A stretch of DNA of 64,000 nucleotides from Armatimonadota bacterium (GTDB taxonomy: Bacteria > Armatimonadota > SYMT01), in assembly GCA_046292385.1 (NCBI GenBank), contig JBKBRF010000006.1, forward strand, positions 11,224 through 75,223, written 5' to 3'. Below, piece by piece: positions 1-8,185 of the stretch (position 1 is its first letter; every line of letters begins with the position of its first letter). The translations under genes and the position numbers were made by a program. The notes below the pieces were generated by a model. The model was not told where the DNA came from and searched no databases. It was given only the letters and a program-made list of their open reading frames with translations.

Positions 1-405
1 TGGTTCAGCCTGCAGCTCGACAACAACCGCGAGCTGATGCTCTACGTGCTCCGCCGGAAGGACGGCAGCCTGGAGCCGTACTCCAGCGGCACGATGGTCC
101 ACGCCGACGGCACCTGGAAGCACCTGCCGCTGCAGGCCTACCGGATCGACGCCACCGGCCAGTGGAAGAGCCCGCGCACCGGCGCCGTCTACCCGGCCGG
201 CTGGCGCGTGGAGGTTCCGGGCGAGAAGCTCTCGCTCACCGTGACGCCGACCGTCGCCGACCAGGAGGTGATGACGGAGGGCACCGCGGGCGTGGTCTAC
301 TGGGAGGGCAGCGTGGAGGTGGCCGGTCAGGACCAGGGCCGTCCCGTCACCGGCGTCGGCTACGTAGAGCTGACCGGCTACACCGGCCCCGTCCCGGGGA
401 TCTGA
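1..405 (+). CDS. AttH/CrtC-like lipocalin-fold protein (predicted secreted hydrolase), 5'-truncated by the window edge
   Basis: Frame open from base 1 (WFSLQLDNNRELMLY...). C-terminal YPxGWRVEVP...YWEGSV...GVGYVELTGY pattern is typical of AttH/Lipocalin_9 proteins. Confidence 0.75.
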   Translation, partial: WFSLQLDNNRELMLYVLRRKDGSLEPYSSGTMVHADGTWKHLPLQAYRIDATGQWKSPRTGAVYPAGWRVEVPGEKLSLTVTPTVADQEVMTEGTAGVVYWEGSVEVAGQDQGRPVTGVGYVELTGYTGPVPGI

Positions 406-423
406 GGCACCCGCTCCGCCGGC

Positions 424-630
424 TCAGGCCTGCCGACGGCGAGAGCGCCGCCAGAGGGCAGCGAGGGCGATCGCGAGGAGCGCCGCTCCGGCGGATCCGG
501 CTCCGATCTGAAACCGCGCGTGTCGACGGTTGGCTGGTGCTTCTGGTCCAGCACGACGCAGCCGTCCGCAATCGGCTTGCCGCGGGCCTTGAGGCCCCGC
601 GTTCTGTGGATCGCTTCGCCGGCGCGAGCG
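424..630 (-). pseudogene. Frameshifted remnant paralogous to the C-terminus of the adjacent TPR membrane protein
   Basis: Minus strand reads GKPIADGCVVLDQKHQPTV, then after a 1-nt shift HARFQIGAGSAGAALLAIALAALWRRSRRRQA*. The neighbour ends GKKVAAGCVILDQGYQPDAAHGRFMVQAGTVGLAVLLAL...WRRA*. The upstream boundary (about 630) is approximate. Confidence 0.65.
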
Positions 631-655
631 TCACTCCCGAACGACAGTCACCGGA

Positions 656-1825
656 CTACGCGCGCCTCCAACAAGCGAGGAGCCACCACACCGCGGCGCC
701 GGTGAGGGCGAGAAGCACGGCCAGCCCCACGGTTCCAGCCTGGACCATGAACCGGCCGTGCGCGGCGTCCGGCTGGTAGCCCTGGTCGAGGATCACACAG
801 CCCGCGGCGACCTTCTTGCCATAGTTGCTGACGCCTGAGTGCACGGGGTCACTGGACGGCCCGCCGTGGACGAACCCCACCAGCTCCCGCTCCGCGAAAA
901 GCTCGTCGGCGTACTTCTCGAGGAGCTGGTCCGACGGCTCCACGATGTTCTCGTCCGCCGGGCTGCGGGGCGCGCCTTCTTCTGCCATCTTTTGAACGAA
1001 CTCCCGCACGACGGGATCATCGACGGCGAGCACGAGGTCCACCGCCTTCGGCGGGTCGTCACGGCGGGAGTCGTAGACGTGGACGAGGATGTCCGAGACA
1101 TACTGCAGGCGCCCGTTTTTCCGGTGCTCGGTCCACTGCAGCGTATCCGCGTCGATGCGGCAGCCGGTGACGTGAAAGTAGCCCCGCTCCGGCCGCGCCT
1201 TCACGAACTGGGCGAAGGTGAGCTTCTTCGGCTGCGGAAACTCCCTGGCATCCGCCTCGGTCGACCGCCCCGCGAAGAGCAGCGCCAGGCAGCCGAGGAG
1301 GGCGATCCCCCACACGCCGACGAGGCCGAGAATCAGCCGGACCTTCAGAAAGCTCGAGAAAACGGAGCCGAAGCGGGAGGGCCTGCCGTGGAACCCGGGC
1401 CGTGTGCCCGGTGCCGGAGGGTAGGCGGGTGGGGGAGCGGCGCCCGGGTGCATGGGTGAGGATGCGCCGCGGAGGCGATCCAGCCAGACGCGCGCGGTGG
1501 AGAGCGACGGGTCGAGCGAGAGCGCGTGCTCCAGGCTGGTCGCCGCCTCCACCGGACGAGAGGCGCGCGCCAGCGCCACTCCGTAGAAGAAGTGCCCTTC
1601 TGCCGAGCCGGGATCGCCCACCGCGGCGTGGTAGAGGAGCGGAAGCGCGGCGGCGTGCTGGCCGGTCTCGCTGTACGCCATGCCGAGGAGCCGGGCAGCG
1701 TGGAAGTCGGCGGGCTCCGCGCTCACGAGAGGCGCCAGGAGGGGGATCGCCCCGGCGAAGTCGCCGCGCTGCATCACGTACTGCGCTTGCTGTCGCAACT
1801 CCTGGTGCTGTACGCTGTCAGACAT
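656..1825 (-). CDS. TPR-repeat membrane protein (TPRs, Pro-rich linker, TM, unknown soluble domain, C-terminal TM)
   Basis: TPR-like helical repeats in the first ~120 aa, PGAAPPPAYPPAPG linker, two hydrophobic segments, GC-type codon usage. Confidence 0.8.
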   Translation of the reverse strand: MSDSVQHQELRQQAQYVMQRGDFAGAIPLLAPLVSAEPADFHAARLLGMAYSETGQHAAALPLLYHAAVGDPGSAEGHFFYGVALARASRPVEAATSLEHALSLDPSLSTARVWLDRLRGASSPMHPGAAPPPAYPPAPGTRPGFHGRPSRFGSVFSSFLKVRLILGLVGVWGIALLGCLALLFAGRSTEADAREFPQPKKLTFAQFVKARPERGYFHVTGCRIDADTLQWTEHRKNGRLQYVSDILVHVYDSRRDDPPKAVDLVLAVDDPVVREFVQKMAEEGAPRSPADENIVEPSDQLLEKYADELFAERELVGFVHGGPSSDPVHSGVSNYGKKVAAGCVILDQGYQPDAAHGRFMVQAGTVGLAVLLALTGAAVWWLLACWRRA

Positions 1826-2075
1826 CCCGTGTCCCCCCGGAGCTCCGCCGTAATAGCAGGAACGTGCCCCGCTCCAGGCGGGTCATTGCTAACAGGTTCA
1901 CCATCCGGGCGAGAAATCCCTTGCACACCGAAAAGTGGGCGAGGGCACAGCCTTTGCGATTTGGTTGGCATCGTGGGGAAGCAGGAACTTCAGGGGCGCT
2001 GCGACCAATAGAGTCTATTGGTTCTCCCCGCCCCGAATCTGCAGATTCCGCCAGTTACGCTGGACACCATCCGAT

Positions 2076-3422
2076 ATGGCATTCAACAAGGATAACGAAG
2101 CCGTCAGCCGCCGCAGCGTGCTCACCGGCGGCGCTACCGCCGCGGGCAGCCTGATCGCGGCCAGCGCCGCCGCCCAGGCCAAGAAGCCGGCGGCGCCCAA
2201 GCCGACCCCGAAGCCCCAGGCGAAGCCGGCGGCGCCGAAGCCGGCCGGGCCGCCCGCCATTCCGATCAACGTCGGGATCATCGGGTTCGGTCCGCAGGGC
2301 CGGGAGCTCGCCGCGGCGATCTCCCGCGTGCCGGGCGCTACGGTGCTCGGCGTGGCCGACACCTACAAGCCGACCCACCGCCGCGTGGCGGAGGCGGCCC
2401 CCAAGGCGACGGCGGTGGAGGACTACCGGCAGCTTCTGGAACGGAAAGACGTTCCGGCGGTCTTCATCGCCACGCCGACCCACCTCCACAAGGAGATCGT
2501 GCTCGCCGCCCTCCAGGCCGGCAAGCACGTCTACCTCGAGTCGCCGATGGCGCACACGCTGGAGGACGGCAAGGAGATCGCGCTGGCGGGCAAGAACGCC
2601 AAGACCCACCTCCAGATCGGCCAGCAGTTCCGCGGCAATCCGCAGCACCACCACGTGGCGCGCTTCATGAAGATGTCGGCGATCGGCCGGCCGGTAATGG
2701 GCCGCGGCCAGTGGAGCCGGCGCATCCAGTGGTCTCGCCCGGGCTCGGACGAGATGAACTGGCGCCTCAACCCGGAGCTCTCCCTCGGCCTCATCGGCGA
2801 GATCGGCATTCACAGCCTCGACGTGGCGAACTGGTTCCTGAGCCAGAGGCCGGTGGCGGTGAGCGGATACGGCGTGAAGATGCGCGAAGACGGCGACACC
2901 CGGGACATCCCGGACACCGTCCAGTGCGTCCTGGAGTACGGCGACGGAACCCGCTTTACCTTCACCTCCACGCTGGCGAACTCTTACGAGGGCGAGTACC
3001 AGCTCTTCCACGGCACCCAGGGCGCCGTGCTGGTGCGCGACGACCGCGCGTGGATGTTCAAGGAAGCCGATTCCCCGCTGCTTGGCTGGGAGGTCTACGC
3101 CCGTAAGGAAGATTACGGGGCTGAGACCGGCATCGCCCTCGTGGCGGACGCCAGCAAGCAGCTCAAAGAGGGGAAAATGCCCGGCAAGGAGAAGCAGGAA
3201 AAGGACCCGGGCAAGGCTCCACTCGTCCAGTCCGTCAAGGAATTCCTCGACATTCTTCGCGGCACCGCGGAGGAGGTGGTCTCCGGTAAGGTGACCAAGA
3301 TCGAAACGCCGCGCTGCGGTCCGGAAGAAGGATACCAGGCGCTCGTGACCGCATTGAAGGCCAACGAGGCCGTCATGACCGGTTCCAGGATCAAGTTCCA
3401 GAAAGAGTGGTTCAGCCTCTAG
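2076..3422 (+). CDS. Gfo/Idh/MocA family oxidoreductase with Tat-like signal
   Basis: VSRRSVL twin-arginine motif, NVGIIGFGPQG Rossmann motif, ATPTHLH, ESP in place of EKP. Start placed at ATG 2076 rather than the ORF-track 1935. Confidence 0.9.
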   Translation: MAFNKDNEAVSRRSVLTGGATAAGSLIAASAAAQAKKPAAPKPTPKPQAKPAAPKPAGPPAIPINVGIIGFGPQGRELAAAISRVPGATVLGVADTYKPTHRRVAEAAPKATAVEDYRQLLERKDVPAVFIATPTHLHKEIVLAALQAGKHVYLESPMAHTLEDGKEIALAGKNAKTHLQIGQQFRGNPQHHHVARFMKMSAIGRPVMGRGQWSRRIQWSRPGSDEMNWRLNPELSLGLIGEIGIHSLDVANWFLSQRPVAVSGYGVKMREDGDTRDIPDTVQCVLEYGDGTRFTFTSTLANSYEGEYQLFHGTQGAVLVRDDRAWMFKEADSPLLGWEVYARKEDYGAETGIALVADASKQLKEGKMPGKEKQEKDPGKAPLVQSVKEFLDILRGTAEEVVSGKVTKIETPRCGPEEGYQALVTALKANEAVMTGSRIKFQKEWFSL

Positions 3423-3453
3423 GCTGGGCCCGTTCCCCAGAGGAGATACCCTC

Positions 3454-4755
3454 GTGCAGCAGAACAAAGACTCCCAGCAGGTATCGCGCCGCACATTTAT
3501 GAAGACCGCCAGCACTGCCGCTGCGGCTGCGGCGACCGCCGGGCTGGCCAAGAGCGAGGCCTTCGCGCTGGCTCCGTCCCGCGTGATCGGCGCGAACGAT
3601 CGCATCAACATCGGCTTCATCGGCGTCGGCAAGCACGCCACGGGCCGTGGTCTCCACCACCTGAACATCCTCAACGGGAAGCAGCAGGAGTGGAACATCA
3701 AGCCGGTCGCGCTCTGCGACATCTACGACGGCTACATCAGCAACGCCCGCTCCAAGGCTTCCTTTGCGGATGACAAGGTCTACCGAGACTACCGCAAGCT
3801 CCTGGAAGACAAGGACGTGGACGTGGTCTGGATCGCCACGCCGGAGCACTGGCACTCGATCCAGGCGATCGAAGCGATGGAGGCCGGCAAGGACGTCTTC
3901 CTCGAGAAGCCGATGACGCGCTATGCGGAAGAGGCGATCGAAGTGCTGAAGACGCAGCGCAAGACCAAGCGGATCCTCCAGATCGGCTCCCAGGGCTGCT
4001 CGGATCCGAAGTGGTCCCGCGCCGGCGAGCTGGTGAAGAGCGGCAAGCTCGGCCAGATCCTCTGGGCCCAGGGCAGCTACTGCCGCAACAACCCGGGCGG
4101 TGAGTGGAACTACGCCATCGAGAAGGAAGCGACCCCGCAGACCCTCGACTGGAAGGCGTTCCTCGGTAAGGCGCCGCAGCGGCCGTTCGATCCGGAGCGC
4201 TTCTTCCGCTGGCGGAAGTACTGGGACTACAGCACCGGCATCGTGTCCGACCTGTTCCCGCACCGCTTCCACCCGCTGCTGAAGGCGATGGGTATGGGCT
4301 GGCCGACCCGCGTGGTCTCCACCGGCGGACAGTACAACGAGCGCTCCAAGAAGGACCGGGACGTGGCCGACACCGTCCACGTGCTGGCGGACTTCCAGGG
4401 TGAGAATGGTCCTTACACCATCTTCCTCGCGGGCTGCACCGAGAACGAGCAGGGCGTCCAGGACGTGATCCGGGGCAACAAGGCCAGCCTCTTCTTCGGC
4501 GGCAACAGCATCGAGCTGCGGCCGGAGCGCCCGTTCGTGGACGAGGTGGACCCGATCCGCGAGAACATCGGCGGAGAGCGCGACGAGCCGCATCAGCAGA
4601 ACTTCCTGGACTGCGTGCGCAGCCGCAAGACTCCGAACTGCGACGCCGAGCTCGGCGCCCGCGTGCAGGTCACCATCGCGATGGCCGAGCGGTCCTACCG
4701 CGAGAACAAGTGCATGCGGTTCGACCCGCAGACGATGAAGGTCACCGCCGGCTAG
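3454..4755 (+). CDS. Gfo/Idh/MocA family oxidoreductase with Tat-like signal
   Basis: VSRRTFMK Tat motif, NIGFIGVG, ATPEHWH, EKPM. AGGAGA SD upstream. Confidence 0.92.
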   Translation: MQQNKDSQQVSRRTFMKTASTAAAAAATAGLAKSEAFALAPSRVIGANDRINIGFIGVGKHATGRGLHHLNILNGKQQEWNIKPVALCDIYDGYISNARSKASFADDKVYRDYRKLLEDKDVDVVWIATPEHWHSIQAIEAMEAGKDVFLEKPMTRYAEEAIEVLKTQRKTKRILQIGSQGCSDPKWSRAGELVKSGKLGQILWAQGSYCRNNPGGEWNYAIEKEATPQTLDWKAFLGKAPQRPFDPERFFRWRKYWDYSTGIVSDLFPHRFHPLLKAMGMGWPTRVVSTGGQYNERSKKDRDVADTVHVLADFQGENGPYTIFLAGCTENEQGVQDVIRGNKASLFFGGNSIELRPERPFVDEVDPIRENIGGERDEPHQQNFLDCVRSRKTPNCDAELGARVQVTIAMAERSYRENKCMRFDPQTMKVTAG

Positions 4756-4782
4756 TCCCGGTCCGATCTGAATCAACGGAAG

Positions 4783-4814
4783 AAGGTGCGGTCCTCCGGG
4801 GCCGCACCTTTTTT
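4783..4814 (+). terminator. Rho-independent terminator
   Basis: AAGGTGCGG...CCGCACCTT stem followed by a T-tract, ~30 nt after the stop codon. Confidence 0.8.
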
Positions 4815-4881
4815 CGTGACCTCGAGCAGGGCGTGGACGTTGATAGATCGGGGCATGTCCCCATCTCCTCCCGAGGTCTGC

Positions 4882-5067
4882 ATGAAGAACTTCCGCGATC
4901 CGTTCCTCCGGCTCTGGCTGGGCGGCATCTCCTCCGGCATCGCCCTCGTCTACGCAGCGCTCGACTCCTCGATCCCGGTCACCTCGCGCCTCAGCCGGGT
5001 GGGGATCTGCCTCCTCACCATTGCCGGCTGCGTCGCCCTCTATACCTGGCTCTCGCGCACGCGCTGA
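4882..5067 (+). CDS. Small two-TM membrane protein
   Basis: GAGGT SD before ATG 4882; two hydrophobic segments in 61 aa. Confidence 0.5.
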   Translation: MKNFRDPFLRLWLGGISSGIALVYAALDSSIPVTSRLSRVGICLLTIAGCVALYTWLSRTR

Positions 5068-5139
5068 TCGGTCCGATTCCCCGTCAGGCCCGTGGATGCT
5101 TGCCCGGTGCCCGCGTTATAACGGTGGCGGAGGGACCTG

Positions 5140-5928
5140 ATGGCAATTGAATTCCGCGAGAACGAAGTGTTCGAGGTCGGCCCCGGTGTCTGGATCCGGA
5201 ACATGGTCGACAACGCATCCTGGGCCGATCTGGGTGACGGCGCGGTGGTGTTCGACTCGCTCGACCCGGCCGACGACGGCCCGATGGAGACGCAGGTTCC
5301 GGAAGATATCCAGCGGACCACCGGCAAGCCGCTGAAGTGGCTGGTGAACACCCACTGGCATCCGGACCACATCGGCTTCAACGAATCGTGGGCCCGGCGC
5401 GGCGCCACCGTCATCGCGCACGAGTCGTGCGGCCAGGCCCAGGACGAGCCGAACGGTCAGCCGAACATCACCTTCGCGGACACCTACACGCTGAAGGGCT
5501 CCGAACGGCAGATCGAGCTGGAGTGGCTCGGCGGCACCCACACCCCCTGGGACACCGTGGTCTACTTCCCGTGGGCACGCGTGCTGCACATCGCGGACCT
5601 CTTCGGCTGGGGCATGATCCCGCTGGTGAAGTACGACCAGGGCAAGATCGACCTCCTGAAGCAGCGCCTCCACCGGGTACTGGAGTACGACGCCGACACC
5701 TACATCGTCGGTCACGGCCCCCTCGCCAGGCCGGAGCACATCCGCCGCTGGCTCACCTACCTGGAAGATCTGCTGCAGCGGGTCCCGGAACTCGCCCGCG
5801 CCGGCCAGAGCCTGGACGAGATCGAGCGGCAGGTGCCGGTCCCCGACGACATGAAGGACTGGTGGAAGCTGGAGGCGTGGAAGCACCGCCACAACCTGCA
5901 GCTCATCGCCAAGGAGTTCGGGAGCTAG
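5140..5928 (+). CDS. MBL-fold metallo-hydrolase (cyclase-like subgroup)
   Basis: THWHPDH metal motif, GGTHTPWD, ADL, VGHG; GGAGG SD. Confidence 0.88.
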   Translation: MAIEFRENEVFEVGPGVWIRNMVDNASWADLGDGAVVFDSLDPADDGPMETQVPEDIQRTTGKPLKWLVNTHWHPDHIGFNESWARRGATVIAHESCGQAQDEPNGQPNITFADTYTLKGSERQIELEWLGGTHTPWDTVVYFPWARVLHIADLFGWGMIPLVKYDQGKIDLLKQRLHRVLEYDADTYIVGHGPLARPEHIRRWLTYLEDLLQRVPELARAGQSLDEIERQVPVPDDMKDWWKLEAWKHRHNLQLIAKEFGS

Positions 5929-5954
5929 AGCCGATCTTCGGTCTGGCCTCGCCG

Positions 5955-6124
5955 TGCGGTTGAAACCGCAGCAACAACCGCACGAAGTCCGCCTCCGCGG
6001 ACTCGGAGGAGCATGGTTCGGGCGTCCGGAGGACGCGTGGCCGCACGCCCCGGAGACTTCCGGGGCAGGCCGCCGAGCGAGGTATTTCAATGCCTCGCGA
6101 CCTCCGGACGCCCGATCCGATGCC
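5955..6124 (+). repeat. Composite REP-like palindromic element, copy A
   Basis: GCGGTTGAAACCGC, AGTCCGCCTCCGCGGACT, GGGCGTCCGGAGGACGCGTGGCC and GCGAGGTATTTCAATGCCTCGC modules; near-identical to 10164 and 21998. Confidence 0.9.
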
Positions 6125-6154
6125 AGTCGCAGGACCATCCGCTACGTAACGAAA

Positions 6155-7018
6155 TCACCGCCCCGAAGGCGGAGCCGGCGGCAGTGTGAGCGGGCGCGGG
6201 GTGCGGAGCAGGCCGGCGGTGTCCGGCTGCAGCACCATCAGGCCGAGGAAGCGGCGCGGCGCGCGGCGGAGGTAGGCGACCAGCGGCTCGTCGATCACGC
6301 GCTTGCGCCGCTGGCTCGCGTGGCGCAGCATCACCTGCTCTCCGTCCCGGAACAGAAAGCCAAGGTGGCCGGAGACGACTTCCGGGCTGCTCACCACGAA
6401 GACTCCGATCGTGCCGTCCGGAATCTTCTCTTCGAGTGCGGCAACGGCAGCCCGCGGGATGTACTCCGAGGTGTACAGCTGCGCGGCCAGTCCGGAGTCG
6501 TCGCCGCCGCGCTTGCGCACCAGGCGGGGGAGGTCGAGCCGGCGGGAGACGGTCGGCAGGTCCGCCCCGCCGATTGCGCCGGTGACGTCTCGTGCCGGCC
6601 AGGGGTTCTCCAGCCAGTCCGGGATGCAGAAGTGGTAGCGCTGCCCCAGCGCGATGCGGCCCTCGCGGTAGCGGATCTGCCGTACGGCGTGATCCAGCCC
6701 GCCGGTGTAGGGGGCGATCGCTTCCGCCATTACCTGCTCGACCAGCGTCTGGCAGTCGGCCCGGTCCCGGCGGAAGAGCGGATCGGGGTCCGGCCCCTCC
6801 CCCTCGCCGAGGCAGTCGAGGCCGTACCGGGTCCCGAGGTAGCGGCCGCTCAGGGCGCGGAGGCGGTCCGGCTTCACGGCAGCCGGAGGCGCCACGTTGG
6901 CGGAAGCTTCCGGCGCGGTCTCCGGCTTCCTGACGACCGCCGCCACCGGCTTCTCCGGACCCGCACAGCCGGGCAGAAGCAGGAACAACACGATCCAGAT
7001 TGGCCCAAAGCGGTGCAT
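6155..7018 (-). CDS. DUF1460 / N-acetylmuramoyl-L-alanine amidase-like lipoprotein (NlpC/P60 fold)
   Basis: Lipobox LLPGC, YLGTRY, DCQTLVEQVMA (catalytic Cys), HLGF and HAS motifs. Confidence 0.82.
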   Translation of the reverse strand: MHRFGPIWIVLFLLLPGCAGPEKPVAAVVRKPETAPEASANVAPPAAVKPDRLRALSGRYLGTRYGLDCLGEGEGPDPDPLFRRDRADCQTLVEQVMAEAIAPYTGGLDHAVRQIRYREGRIALGQRYHFCIPDWLENPWPARDVTGAIGGADLPTVSRRLDLPRLVRKRGGDDSGLAAQLYTSEYIPRAAVAALEEKIPDGTIGVFVVSSPEVVSGHLGFLFRDGEQVMLRHASQRRKRVIDEPLVAYLRRAPRRFLGLMVLQPDTAGLLRTPRPLTLPPAPPSGR

Positions 7019-7042
7019 AAGCTAAGCTGAGTCTACCGGAGA

Positions 7043-8185
7043 TTGGCGGCGGGGGAGGGGCGGTTGCGGGTTTCGATCTGGTCAGACAGCTTGCGCGTGC
7101 GGAGCGACTTCGAAGGCGGTAACGCGACCGACGTGGAGATCGTCGCCGCGGACTACCTGCGCTTCCGGGCCGATCCGGGCACCAGCCCGGCCCCTCTCTG
7201 GTTCTACTTCGCAATCGAGGGGGCCGCGGTTCCCGAGGTCTGGTGCGAGCTGCGGAACGCCGCCGAGTGCCTGGGACCCGCGAGCGGCTGGCCGACCGTA
7301 CGGCCGGTGGTGAGCGCTGGCGACGGACGCTGGGAGCGGGTCGCCGAGACGACCTACGTGGAGAGCCGCGGCTGGTTCCGCTTCCGTGTGCCGGTGCGGG
7401 GTCCGCGCACGCTGGTCGCCTACTCTTATCCCTATACCAGCGCCGACCTGGAGCGCCTGCTGACCGACCTGCCCGCCCACCTGCAGCGAGAGGAGTTGGC
7501 CCGGAGCCGCAGGGGCCGAGCCGTTCCGTACCTGCGTGCGGGGAGCCTCACCGCGCCGGACCAGGTCTGGGTGCTGGGACGGCAGCACGCGGGGGAAACG
7601 CCCGCGTCGTTCGCCGCGGAGGGGCTGCTGCGGGAGATGGCCGGCACCCGCGGGGCGGAGCGTCGCGGCATGGCGGTCCACCTGGTCCCGCTGCTCGACC
7701 TCGACGGCGCCTGCGAGGGAGCCTACGGCAAGGACCAGGCGCCGATCGACTTCAACCGGGACTGGAGCCCGCACCCGCGGCGTCCGGAGGTCGCGGAGGT
7801 GCTCCGCAGGCTGCGCGAGCCGCAGGTGGCCGCCCGAACGCGCCTGGTCCTCGATCTCCACGCGTCCCACCACGGAGACACAGCCTGCTACCTCTTCGGC
7901 AGCGGCACGGCGGCGGCCGAACCGCTGACTTCCCGGTTCATGGAGGCGCTAGCGGAGGAGTCGCCTCCCGCGATCGGACTGCGCTCGAGCGACCTCCGCA
8001 CCGCGGAGCCGCCTGCCGGCTCCGCGCGGCAGTACCTGGGCGATCTGCTCCGCGTGCCGGTGCTCACGGTGGAGCTGAGCTACCACCTGGCCCAGAGCGG
8101 CTGCTACCTCACCCCGGAGCTGTACCGGGGCTTTGGCGCGGCACTCGCCCGCGCGGCGCTGCGCTCCGTACCGCGGTCCGCGTGA
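7043..8185 (+). CDS. M14 family zinc carboxypeptidase with N-terminal beta domain
   Basis: SDFEGGN N-terminus, RQHAGE (HxxE), NRDW, LDLH, VEL motifs. True start may be 7091 or 7097. Confidence 0.82.
   Translation: MAAGEGRLRVSIWSDSLRVRSDFEGGNATDVEIVAADYLRFRADPGTSPAPLWFYFAIEGAAVPEVWCELRNAAECLGPASGWPTVRPVVSAGDGRWERVAETTYVESRGWFRFRVPVRGPRTLVAYSYPYTSADLERLLTDLPAHLQREELARSRRGRAVPYLRAGSLTAPDQVWVLGRQHAGETPASFAAEGLLREMAGTRGAERRGMAVHLVPLLDLDGACEGAYGKDQAPIDFNRDWSPHPRRPEVAEVLRRLREPQVAARTRLVLDLHASHHGDTACYLFGSGTAAAEPLTSRFMEALAEESPPAIGLRSSDLRTAEPPAGSARQYLGDLLRVPVLTVELSYHLAQSGCYLTPELYRGFGAALARAALRSVPRSA

Noticed and set aside
1955-1985. Possible sigma-54 promoter (TGGCAT...) upstream of the Gfo pair
   Set aside because: No TTGC at the required -12 spacing.
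1935-2075. ORF-track N-terminal extensions (also 10076-10297, 18364-18456, 33282-33500, 50738-50884, 53866-53955, 59156-59257, 62547-62657, 63883-63915)
   Set aside because: They run through promoters, repeats or neighbouring genes. Downstream starts fit SD position, signal peptides or family N-termini better.
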